Shown piece by piece: positions 1-11,788 of a stretch of DNA of 51,016 nucleotides; the stretch's first letter is position 1; each line of letters starts with the position of its first letter. The position numbers were made by a program, and so were the translations under genes. The notes under the pieces are model-generated. The model saw only the letters and a program-made list of their open reading frames with translations, made no database searches and was not told where the DNA came from. Source of the stretch: Bigelowiella natans CCMP2755 (Eukaryota > Protista > Cercozoa); contig ADNK01001567.1 in assembly GCA_000320545.1 (NCBI GenBank), forward strand, positions 1 through 51,016, in the 5' to 3' direction.

Positions 1-35
1 CAAGGAGGGAAGGGGGGGGGGGGGGGGGGGTGTAG

Positions 36-243
36 GTCATCCATCGCCACTACATGACAATGCGCTCAGGTATCTACTTGTTTGCTAACGGAGCGTCACT
101 GCTGTTCTTCTTCTTCTTCTTCTCTTCTTCTTCTTCTTCTTCGTCCTCTTAGAACTGTTGTGACGGGAATGATTCAGCTACTGATGGCTGTCAATATAGG
201 CCTCTGTGCGTATAATCCATACCAGCTCACACATTTATCGCAT

Positions 244-281
<38 letters not shown>

Positions 282-1064
282 GCACACACGCATACTTTAA
301 ACGAAAACGTGCATAGTTATGAGTAAATGATAAAATGAGCAGAGATAGATAGGAAATCTATGTACGCCTTCTTTCACCACCGTGCGCCATCGCATATTCT
401 AAGCTCCATGATCATCATTGGCTTGATATGCTACTTTGCAGGTTTCCCCATGAACGTGTACCCCTCCCGATTCACAATAGAGATGCTGCTGTTTTCGGAG
501 TCGAAGCCTTCAGCATTTAGAGGTTGGTTGCAAGTTATAGACGCCCATTGAGCTGTGGTTTGCCCCTTGTGGAACGAATGACTCACTCCGATTACGGCGG
601 GTCTCAGAAGCAAATTGCTTCGCCATACTCACCCATGCTGCATCTCCAAAAGATTCCCCTGTTGTTCCAGTAGTACTGACTTAGCATCTAACACAATCGA
701 TCGATTCTGAAAAAATATCGATGAGAACGCCACTGATTTACCTCATACACGTGTTTGCCGGAGGGTAGTTATCGGCGCGTACAGCTCGCGCTCGGATCAT
801 TTGCCTTGCAATGTCCCCTCGTGGGCTGAATGGTGTGGTTGTTATTGTTGTTGTTGTTGTTGTTTGTCTTTCTCCTGTCTTAGGCAATTTGATATCAGCG
901 ATCTTCGTTCTCTCCGCAGCATTAATTGCTATTACACTGCCGAAGATTACCACCGTCTTTTCTATTATTGGTACTAACTTTGGAAATAATAAGGCTGAGT
1001 AACGGAGCGGAGGGGGGGGGGTGGATAGTAGTTGTTAGCACACACATACACACAATATTATACA

Positions 1065-1130
<66 letters not shown>

Positions 1131-1628
1131 TATTTATAATTATAACGTGCGTAATACCTGCCGACATTGTACGCGCCATCATCGCTTTCCCAAATCTCAT
1201 GACTAGGTTCTACTTCCGCAGTGCTTGTTAGCTTCGTGCTTCCAGCCGCCTTCTACATTCATATCAACACAGGGTAAAGAACTACAACAATCCGATGATT
1301 CACTTAGTAGCACTTACACGTTTGTTCTATTCAGCTGACACACATATATTTCGAACGTGCACGTAAGCTTTCAACCGCCATCATCATCATCATCATCAAC
1401 AACAACAACAGCAACAGCATTGTTCATCATTATTATCATCGCCTTCATCATCGTTGCCCTCAAAACTCGTCGTCCTCTCTTCCCCCAACATTGTGCAGCT
1501 CTATCATCCATTTGACGAAGGAACCTCTGGCATCCATTCTGTTGATCGGCTCTGTGATCTTCGGTGTCTTCGCGACGCTGTCCAGTATCCTTTCGACTCT
1601 ATACCCAGAGCTCATAGAATCGAGATAG
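36..1628 (+). CDS. Amino acid transporter, SLC38/AVT (Aa_trans) family, 3' part; 5' end lies outside the window
   Basis: Spliced + exons give GFPMNVYPSRFTIEMLLF (family fPl..fP.R pattern), NLISAIFVLSAALIAITLPKITTVFSIIG, VLVSFVLPAAFYIHINT and a last TM exon SIIHLTKEPLASILLIGSVIFGVFATLSSILSTLYPELIESR ending in TAG at 1626-1628. Confidence 0.8.
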
Positions 1629-4149
1629 AGAGCGAGGAAGATGGATGTAGCGAGGCGAGGAGAAGGAAGAGAAGAGGCGTGGTAAATTGGGGGTGAATCG
1701 AATAGTAACGAAAATATTTTAGTAACATCCGGCCGCACTAGCAGCAGCAGTCAAATGAACCGAGGTTCTAGGCAGCAGGACCAAGTAGTGACAAGTATTT
1801 GATGATATACGTGAGAATCGCACGGTAGATCCACTGTACATATTATGAACTGACTGTGCCATCCACACGAACGCATCTAGACATGCATGCCAGACATGCT
1901 AGCATGTCCAGATCGATGCCCGCACATGCAAAGCGCACCATACGTGCTCTGTCATGCAGGTTATTACACATCATTTACCATCAACTATGCACATGATGTG
2001 CAAAGCGGCGGCTACAGCGCTCACATCTTACATCACAACACTCATCTGTTATTAGAGACCACATGTTTATTTCATGACGCACAATCGCAGGCCCCTCATG
2101 CACTGCTTGCTAGACTTCCTGCCACTGTTAAGTCGCTTATTCGCTGGCTACTTTGTCTTACCTGATCACAACCCGGTCACACTTTCCGGCATCCGAAAGC
2201 AGTGCTAGAGTGACTTGACTCAAAAAGTTTTGATCCAATTTCAATTTTTTTTGCAGATTCTGAAAGCTCTCAATGTGAGCTTTGGGAGCAGAGGTCTAGC
2301 TAGCTAGAGGTGGGTGCCAAATGTGTTTGTCAAAAAGAACGGGAAAGTTCATGATCTCATGCTTTGGAAAAACGCTGGCTTGCGCTGACACATTGTTTTT
2401 GCAATGAATCGAAAGGGGGAAATTCTCATGAGGTCTTTTGGTTCAGTTTTCGCGCGCGCAAACTAGCAAACGCGTGCCCACAGCAGCTTGGCAGATCCAA
2501 TGGCCACATCACGTGCCAGCGTGGCATGGATCAACAAAATTCATATGCGCACACATCTCGCCATTTTTCTTTAAAACAAACCCATGCAAAACGGCAGCCA
2601 ATCCAGAAAGAAAGAAAATCCTTTTTTTTGCCCAAAAAGTCGCGAAAATGGGCAATTTTTTATGGAAAATTGCAATTTTTACAACAACAAAAAAATTGGA
2701 AATTTTCACGAGGCATGCTGTTCAGCATGCTAGACACAATGCGCCTGGTTTCAGGCTAGCAGGGTCCAACTCTCATTTTTGTAGCCTGCAGCTGAACGAA
2801 ACTAGCAAAACGCTCAAAAATGCCAGCGTGACCAATTTTGACCAGGCTAGCAGGTGTGGTAACATTGCATACATGCTTTATGTTTGGCCATGGTGTGTTT
2901 GTAATGATAACACATGCTACATGCTACAACTTATGTTCCAATCGTAGCGCATGCACATATGGCATGAGTTATGTCGTATCCACGACGGGGTGAGTGGTCT
3001 GCTGCAGTTGGTTATTCGATCTGTCCAGCTCTGCCACGATCGTTATATTATGTGCCAAAGCTCTTTATTTTCTCCGTATATTCTTATAAATTGATCAGCC
3101 ATTCCCACAGCGCAGCCAGTCCGCGCTTATTCGTAGCCATGAATTCCGGGGCTTTCTTTCGAAGCCATCTGCATGTAACCGAAGGAGGGAGCAGAATCGT
3201 GAGAAAACGGTAAAAGAACGACTAATAAACGCATTTGCATGTTACGAGGATCATCGTTGCTGCATTTCAGACCTGTATATTGCTCCGGCCGTTCTGGCAC
3301 CTTGATACGTCCTTATCTATGTGATTGAGCATGAATGAGATCTCTATTTTTTTTACCAATTCCGTCAATCATTAGCGGCGGAACACCAACTATCATGCAT
3401 CAGTGCTAATTCCAAAAAAAAAATGCACAGTCTTGAGAGGTATCACCTTTCCTTTGGAGAAAAGCTTTATTGTTGGATACCTGCATGTATACGACACACG
3501 CAATCATACGGCGGCCCCTACCGCGCAATCTATTCATAAGTTGAAAGTAAGCCTCACCCCTCTATCTTGTATTTCTCACAAAACTGCCTCAGTTCGCCGC
3601 AATCCACGTACCTAGGAATGAAGTGCACTGGATGATTATGCTGTGCACGTACGTGTGTAGTGTGAGTGAGTTTGTGGATGTGTATTTGTGTGTACGCGTG
3701 TTCTTGCATTTTGAACGATTATATGTGTTCATATCTGCTTGGCGCTCTTATTTACCCCGGCATCGTCTTTGTGCCCTAAAATGGGGATGCATTCATACAC
3801 ATCAGAGACTAAGATCCATGAGACAGACGACGATGTGATATTACAGGAAAATATGTTTACCCACCTGTAGCTTCTGAGCTAGCTTTATCCACTCAGGAAC
3901 TAGTTTCTTGCAATGTCCGCACCATTGGGTCGAGAACTACGAGCAGCAAGTGTGCATGAGGAAGGATAGATGAAACGCGGCATATAACGGAGGGGGGGAG
4001 GGGCAGCAGCAGAAAAGGCAATCATTTGCTCAACTCATTCATTTTGATGTTATTCATTCTGCATGCAGGCAGTATAATGTGTTTGCAAAAGTACTCGTTC
4101 TGAATGTGCGGTGCGCAAAGATTCTCAAGATGTGTGCGTTGTTTTCGCA

Positions 4150-4561
4150 TTATGATTTTGTTTTTACGTCCAAGATCCACTGCACGCTCTTATCCGCCGA
4201 TGGCCTGAACCCCTCCTTTATCATGTACACTCCAGACGCAGGGTCATACTCTACGAAAAATGATCGAAGGCGGGTGAAGGTGTGCGTTGTAAGAGGAGAA
4301 CAAATTTACAACTCTTCTTCTACCTGCGTTCGCGAAAGTTCTTACTTCTGGCATCGCCTGGTGCTGCTGCTGCTGCGTTCTCACATAAGCATTGCCCAAT
4401 CGTCTTTGATACGAAAATTGGTTTTCGATGGAGGACATGGCACTACCGAGGTAGAAAATCACCATCGCGCACAAACAAGCAAAGAGCAAACTAGATGCCC
4501 ATGCACCGCATGAGGTGCGAGAAGAAGGCCTTCTTCTAGGATATGGGGGCTGCTCGTTCAT
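4150..4561 (-). CDS. Small two-exon protein (about 110 aa) with an N-terminal hydrophobic segment; function unknown
   Basis: ORF 4244..4561 MNEQPPYPRRRPSS..WASSLLFACLCAMVIFYLGSAMSS. A phase-1 GT-AG intron of about 70 bp (GCAG|gtagaa...ttttcgtag|AGTATG) joins in frame to EYDPASGVYMIKEGFRPSADKSVQWILDVKTKS*. Confidence 0.55.
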
Positions 4562-5068
4562 AGCTATCCGACGGAGCTACCTAAGATTCAAAGCAGCATA
4601 TCTCTCAGCCCATATTGTCAGAGAAGGAGGCGTTGGTTAAAGGATGTACGTACGATTGGGTGTTGCGGGGGAGGGATGGAGGGTTACCGGGAGAAGAAAG
4701 AGGCAAGAGGAACCCCTCTAATCGTAACAAAATTCCCATTGTTCACTGATCTACGACAACCCGAAAATCATGTCGCAGTTGACAAGAATGCTCACTTTGA
4801 GAATTACCAACGGTTGACATTCGACATGGGACGGAACCCACAGCTGCTTTGATCTTAGGTAACTACGGTGCTCGGAATCCAATGAAATTTACAGAAAACT
4901 AATGTAATTTAGTATTGCGACAATAAAATTGCTCATTGAAATATAAATAATCCGAAAGAAACTCTCTTTCCAGATTCGTGCAGTAAACGCTCGTTTGTCA
5001 TTACCTGGGGGCGGAGCACCGATTACTTATACTTCGCTCGATTTGGCCACCACCTAAAGCACGAGAAA

Positions 5069-5738
5069 ATGGCAGCAAAGCTTTGCCGGTGGATCTTCGC
5101 CAAGCCATGCGAAATGTAATAAAGACACTGAGGCGTCCTGTTTCTATCGGCCCAAAATTAATGCATCTTTCCGCACAAACTGAGCAAGATGACTTTGTCA
5201 GATGTGGAGAGGCCTGTGAAGCCTCCTGCAAGGCCTGTGAAAGCTTATGTGATGGTAAAACTATTAACCTCCTCAAAAGGTCATCATTAAGAATCTAAGC
5301 CGGTTGCTGGTCGCCATCGTAGGTTTTTGTCAGGCATGCTCCAAAGTTTGTTTTGCGGTAGGTATAATAGAATTCGCGCCCTTATATATCTTCTAACCTC
5401 CTCCACATTCCGATGATGTCCTGATTGACTATTCAGTGTGCAGAATGCTGCGGTACATGCTGCAACAAAGCCGGCGAGTGCTGTAGCGCTGTCATCAGCT
5501 TTATAGACAACCTCTTCGAGGAGGTGGGGAAACACGTTGATGCTTAATTTTGTATCAACCACACATGGATTATTCGTGAGCGGCAAGATCAATGGTGACA
5601 CTTATTTGCTTATTTGTCGCAGCCGCTGTCTGGCTGTTTGTTCATGACCGTTCTCCTGAACATATCACCGCTCGTCGCTTTGGCGTACTTTCTGGGAACA
5701 GGTTGTAGCTTACTGAAGACTACAGCATGCAGGAGCAT

Positions 5739-5784
<46 letters not shown>

Positions 5785-6572
5785 AGATGAGAGACATCGG
5801 TTGTCTTCACTAACTCTACTTTTCGCCACTAACTATCCTCCGGCTAATATAACTAGATTCAGATCAAGACTGTAGCGACGTGTCGTTATTTGTAACCATA
5901 TCCATCGTCCTCTTCGTGCTTCACATTGTGAGAAGAAAACCTTAATAGATAACACCAATGAGCTCTCAAACGAATGTGACACGTAACCTGATGAGCAACA
6001 CGCTTTTCACGCATGCACCTACGCATGCATCTTCAGAAACACACATTTGAATTATGGACCAATGATTTGTACGTCTCATAGTGTGCGAATGGGAATGCTT
6101 TTTCCCTTGTCTTGCGCAGGCGTTCGGGGTCTACATGTTCATCCATCTTAAAGAAAAGCGCCACACCGAACACACCAACGATACCGAATATGAAAGGACT
6201 AAGGTGGCGATTTGAACAATGATGATCTGCCTTTCTGCCAGGCCTTTGCGAGAGTTGTGAGCAACATTAGCAGCAATATCTAAACCGGTGGCATGTCTTC
6301 CAACCGAGAATAGACTTAACTTATCATACTTGTTTTGCTGATTATATCATGTACTAATCATGAGCAGGAGTTCCTACTGGAGAACCCTGTGATGGCATGC
6401 TACATCTTAGTTTATATCTTTGCCTTTGTATGGGCGATTCTGGGACTGGTAGAGCTTTTTACATTATTGCAGATTCCGAACTCAACTCTAGCAGCTGCCA
6501 CGACACTACCACACCGGCACACATATTATTGCACAGTTGATAGCTCACACCCTTTGCTCATCCCCCTTCCTG

Positions 6573-6610
<38 letters not shown>

Positions 6611-7241
6611 GGTATCATCATAATCTCCGTGTCTGAATACAATGTGAAGGTATGGTCGAGTCAGTGTATTGCAAAAGATGACATAAGCTCCGGATCCAAA
6701 GTTAGTGCTGCTAGTCGATAGTAGTAGCAGTAGCAGCATAACCCCAAGCGTCTATGCTTTTTCAGAGTGACCACAGCTCACATCTGCTTAATTCTGCTTC
6801 AGCTTTCTCATTTTCGTCGTCGTCGTCGTTATTATCATCATCATCATCATCTCTACTGTCTTGGTAGGATTTGGCTCAGGCAGGGGAGGCAACAGCGATT
6901 GTGAGTTTGTGCTTCTATGGAATCGGCCTCTGCATGTACGAATAACGTGAATTATGAACGGCTACGCACAACAACCGATACACAGAAAGATAGATGGTGG
7001 AGCATCAGCGATCTCCTCTGCCCTGGCCTTGTTCCTCATTGCATATGTTGGTTTACATGACAGATTTCTCTCAAATCTTTGCGATATTGACGATTGCTGC
7101 GCGTCTATGGACTGCACTGACTGCTTTGGTGATTGAACGAGAGGGGAGACAAAAGAGAGAGAGAGAGATATATTATTATTACATTGGGAGAGTGCGATGT
7201 GCAAGTGGGATGATATTAGCTCAGGACTAGGATGATGATGT

Positions 7242-7277
<36 letters not shown>

Positions 7278-7441
7278 CGCGAGAGATACAAAAAGAGAGA
7301 GGCGAGATAAATGGTTTAATCATTCTAAAAACCGATATTTGCAATAGCAGCCGATTCTTATTACACTTCTTGCTCTCCTTTCTCTTCTCAGGATGTTGGT
7401 TGTTGTGCTGCTGCTGCTGCTTCTACCCTTGCCTAAAGTAG
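5069..7441 (+). CDS. Cysteine-rich multi-pass membrane protein of unknown function (probably the 5' half of a gene extending to 10232)
   Basis: Phase-consistent exons give MAAKLCRWIFAKPCEICGEACEASCKACESLCDGFCQACSKVCFACAECCGTCCNKAGECCSAVISFIDNLFEE-PLSGCLFMTVLLNISPLVALAYFLG-..VSLFVTISIVLFVLHIAFGVYMF..-EFLLENPVMACYILVYIFAFVWAILGL-...-GCWLLCCCCCFYPCL. Confidence 0.75.
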
Positions 7442-7689
7442 TACATTATCAGAAACAAATACTAATACAGATGCTACATAGCCGCGCACCTAAGCTCTGA
7501 TATCAGTTTTTTGCTACTACTTTGTGAAGAAATCGCATATAACTGCACAGTACCCTAGCTTCCCCCCTTTCTTCTCATTATCATCACCGTGTATTGTTAA
7601 AAGGGAGACGACTATGCTGATAACACCGACGATGATATAGATGGTGATAAATGACAACGATTGTGATGAAAGGCCGATCTTGGACCACG

Positions 7690-9169
7690 AAAGCAATCGT
7701 GCAAGAGAGCGACGGGTGAGGCCGAATTCTGCATCCTGAAATCAGAATATCGAGAAAGAGTTCTCCACAGCTAGCATGCAGAGACTGCTTTCAGGCGATT
7801 GTACTTCGATTGTTTCCTTGCTGGCTTTTCCCCTTCGTTTTTTCCTTTTTTTAAAGCAATGCGTGGCAGCCCCCCCCCCTCATGTTTCTTCGGATGGCAC
7901 GCGACAGCCGCTTACAATGGGTCGTCCTGCTACAACAACAACAACAACAACAACAACCATTACTACTATTTTCTCTTAGGAGGCGAGGCGGGCAGAGCGC
8001 GTAAGGGCTGAGCACGAGAGAAAGCAGCGGCTTCGGAATAATGTGAGATTTATGATGATGAGGAGAACGACGATGCTGATTATTATTATTATTATCATTA
8101 TTATTATTATATGATGATAGTGTAACTTCTTCTTAGAGAAGCGTATAGCTCCGCATCAAAACTCACCATTTTTGAGCTATGAACAATCCAAATCGTCGAT
8201 CCAAACAATTTATAAATCGTGAAGCATTATGTTGTAATCGTTGCTGGTACTGCGTATATAAACAGCAGGGGGGGGGGGCTGCTGCTGCTGCTGGTGGTGG
8301 TGGTGCATTTCAGGTGGCCAATTGTAAGAGAAGGAGAAATCGAGAATGATGATAATGATGATGGTGATGGTGATGATGATGGAGATGAAAATAGACGACG
8401 TGATATACAGAATCAATCTGCATGATGAGGAAAACAGTGCGTACATTTGGAACATCCCCACCCCTGTGATCATCACCCACACTTAGCCCTTGTCGTCCTC
8501 CTTTCATCCATCACTTAGCAACCGAATGTTATCGAGCCTGTGCAAGTGACGATCGCAGCCCAAGATAACAATGTAGGAATCAATCATCATCTACATCCCT
8601 TACTGCCGCTGAACTACAGCATTATCCCGTCGATGTCCCTCCATTCTTCTTCCCTCCCTCTCATTGTACTCAAGGAGCCAATGCAGTATATATGATCTTC
8701 ATCTGTGTGTGAGTGTGTGTGTGTGTGTGTGTGTATGTGTGATTCTCATTATAAATATAGTGCCTCCCCTTCCCCTTCATTCCACCAGCATCCTCCTCAG
8801 TTCTGTTTTCGTATCTGCAGACAATTGGAACTGCTAATAACAACCAGTTTGGGGGGGGGGGCACTCAGTGGCACTGTGCGTCGTGCACGATGGTAAATCC
8901 CCCATACGCAGGTATGAAAGAATAAAATCATCCATTATTATTCCTGAGACAGTGTGATGCTTACAACATCATCATCATCACCAGCACCACCACCATCCTC
9001 GCCATCAACGACAACGATGATTATAGTAATGATGATGGTAGGGGTAATAATGCTGTTTCCGTGATTTGTTTTGTCCTCCTCATCAGCGAACTGCCAGGCA
9101 TGCAATGGGCCGAGGTACCGGAATAATAATAATCCTACAGGTCCTTTTCCAAAATAGCAACCATGTCAG

Positions 9170-9206
<37 letters not shown>

Positions 9207-9276
9207 TTCACACAAATGCACATGGTATTTCAATTTATCAAAATGTAAAAATTATATGTATGTTTTTATAAATATT

Positions 9277-9323
<47 letters not shown>

Positions 9324-9849
9324 TGTGTGTGTGTGTGTGTGTGTATATACTAACATCGGACGGAATGACCTCCTACATAATACTGGGGAATTCTTCTACG
9401 TGTGTGTGTGTGTGTGTGTGTGTGTTACACACACACCAAGAATCAGTAGCGTATCACCAGCATCCAACCAGCCTGTAGTTGCTAGCGCAGACCCAGCTCC
9501 GGTGGTCTTACCTTTTCTTTGGGGGGGGGGGGGGGGGGCCTGGAAAAGGGGGCTAATTATGAAAAAATGAAAATGGTTACCCAAATTACATCGTACATGC
9601 TTTATACTGAAGATACATGCGAATAGCAAAAAAAAATTAAATAAACGGCATGCGATAATGGTTATGGCGATGGCCTTTATATTTTTTGGGAGAGATAGAT
9701 ATCCTCGTCATATCGTCGTCATCCATGAATCATTTGCCTTCGTGGTAGTCGGCCCCCCTCCCAGCGAAGCGAGGAGAAAAAGCAGGAAGAGACGGGGATT
9801 CTTGGTAACGTATCGGCGTGCTATTGTTGTGTATGGTGTGTGTTGTCTG

Positions 9850-9884
<35 letters not shown>

Positions 9885-10232
9885 GGTGTGCACGCTGTCT
9901 GTGACATATAGATGATATAGCGGAATGTGTTGTTTGAGTGAGATGGAATGCCACCGTAGCATGAGACGACACCATCCTCGCCTTAACAAATCAAAAAGAT
10001 AGCAATTATCCCCCCGAATATGGCTGTTTTCAGGGCATGCTGAACGCCGGGCTTAAATTCATCGAATCGAAGATGCAGAAGAGCAGCGACAGCGGTATGC
10101 CGTACCCCAAAGAAAGCAATTTCTCAGCATACTGATAGTCGGTGGCCTGTTGTGTTCCTTGCCTTCACCAATAATCATGTCCTCATCGTCGTTTATCTTC
10201 TACTAGGCAACAGCTCTAACCAGAGGCGATGA
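7690..10232 (+). CDS. RanBP2/NZF-type zinc-finger-containing region, likely the 3' half of the Cys-rich membrane protein gene
   Basis: Exons LACRDCFQAI, EARRAERVRAEHERKQRLRNN, WHCASCTMVNPPYA|ANCQACNGPR (8869-9114; W-x-C-x2-C-x3-N-x6-C-x2-C), GMLNAGLKFIESKMQKSSDS and GNSSNQRR* (TGA 10230-10232). Several internal exons are unresolved. Confidence 0.65.
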
Positions 10233-11217
10233 TGATGATTATTATAATGCTGATGATGCAGAACAAGTTGCTTAGTTTTTGAGGTGAATTTTCGTTTATC
10301 GTTACATATATGATTTTCATGCGTCTTAGCTTCACCTCGTACCCTCTTGTGTACTAGCTTCTAAGGGATTTATGAATTGCAATGCGAAATGATTACGAAC
10401 ACATATGTAGTCAGTGCTATGTTCTAGATGTGGCTGCTACCCATGCATGTGTAATGTTGTGTGTGCGTAGAGTTTGACTGAAGCGCGCACGCTCACATCA
10501 CGGAACCGTGTGTACTAGTGCATTCTGCTGCTAGCAACATGCGCGCACGTTTGCTCTCGCAAAATAATTGCACGTTCTAGGGTTGTTCATTTCAACAGTT
10601 CGCATGCATGCATACGTCGCAGCCACGCACAGGCCAAAATTGCAACCTGCGCAATGCGCCATATGTGCCGTGAGACTTTCGATCGGTCATGGGCGGGTAG
10701 CAGATGCTAGCTGCTGCGTGTCCATCTGCATGTTCATGAATGTACGTGTGTATGAAATAATGGAATGGAAAATAAAGATTTTCGCGAGCAAGTCGTAGAC
10801 GACAACGTGATGTGCACATTCATTTCACACTGCACCCGTGCGTGCATTTTTTGCATTATATGAACGCAAACGAATCGCGTGATGATGACTAAAAGGTGCC
10901 AAAACTGTGGACGCATGCTAGCATGGCCAATGTAGTAAAAAATGCATGAGTCCTCAGCACAAGCGCCTCATCCTAGCTATGGTCTATGCATGTATGCTAG
11001 CACCACGGACCTATGACTTTCGCTAGATCTAGATGCGCACATGCATGTGCGTGTCGATCGCAGGTCGACTCACGTAGCCTCAGCGCTACATTTTGTACGT
11101 GAGAGTCCAATGAACGCTTGGCCCGCCACGCATGATCGAGATGCTGATCGCGTACACAAAATTTTGCTTTCATGTTCATGCATTACGGCATTATAATCAT
11201 TATCTGGTTGGGACACA

Positions 11218-11256
<39 letters not shown>

Positions 11257-11788
11257 CGCATGCTTGTCATGACGAGTGACCATCTAGCTAGCTAGCCATC
11301 TAGCATTTATTCATTATAGCCATGTATACATGCACACTTATGCCTAGCGCTAGCTAGACACACATAGGCATGCATGACATGTAGCGACGACAACTAGACA
11401 ATCATGAATATGTAGGACGCACATGATCGCAGAGGCAATAACAAACAAATTTAAGCTAAGCGTTGTAGTCGCGGCTGCGCATGCACAGCTTTGCAAAGCT
11501 AGAAAGCTACATTTGCAGGATGACGATTGAAAGAAGTTAGCTATTCATTACATCCGCTAGTCCGTCTCACATAGCCACATATACATCTGTGACTAATTAC
11601 ATGTGATAGCGCCCTGGCGAAGCTAGATAAATTGTATCTTAGGCTATCTTTAGCCCAATCCTTCGCGCGACAGCGAATACGGCAAATACGATCTTTGAGC
11701 AGGACATATGTCGTTTCGAAAATTTCTTCTTCCCACATAGCTCTTGCCGAGGCAGCGCCAGTGTTATTTGCATCTTTCCTTCTACCCT

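Noticed and set aside
3595-3650. SPQSTYLGMKCTG, resembling ribosomal protein S27 (SPNSYFMDVKC.GC)
   Set aside because: An in-frame TGA follows immediately and no other S27 motifs were found.
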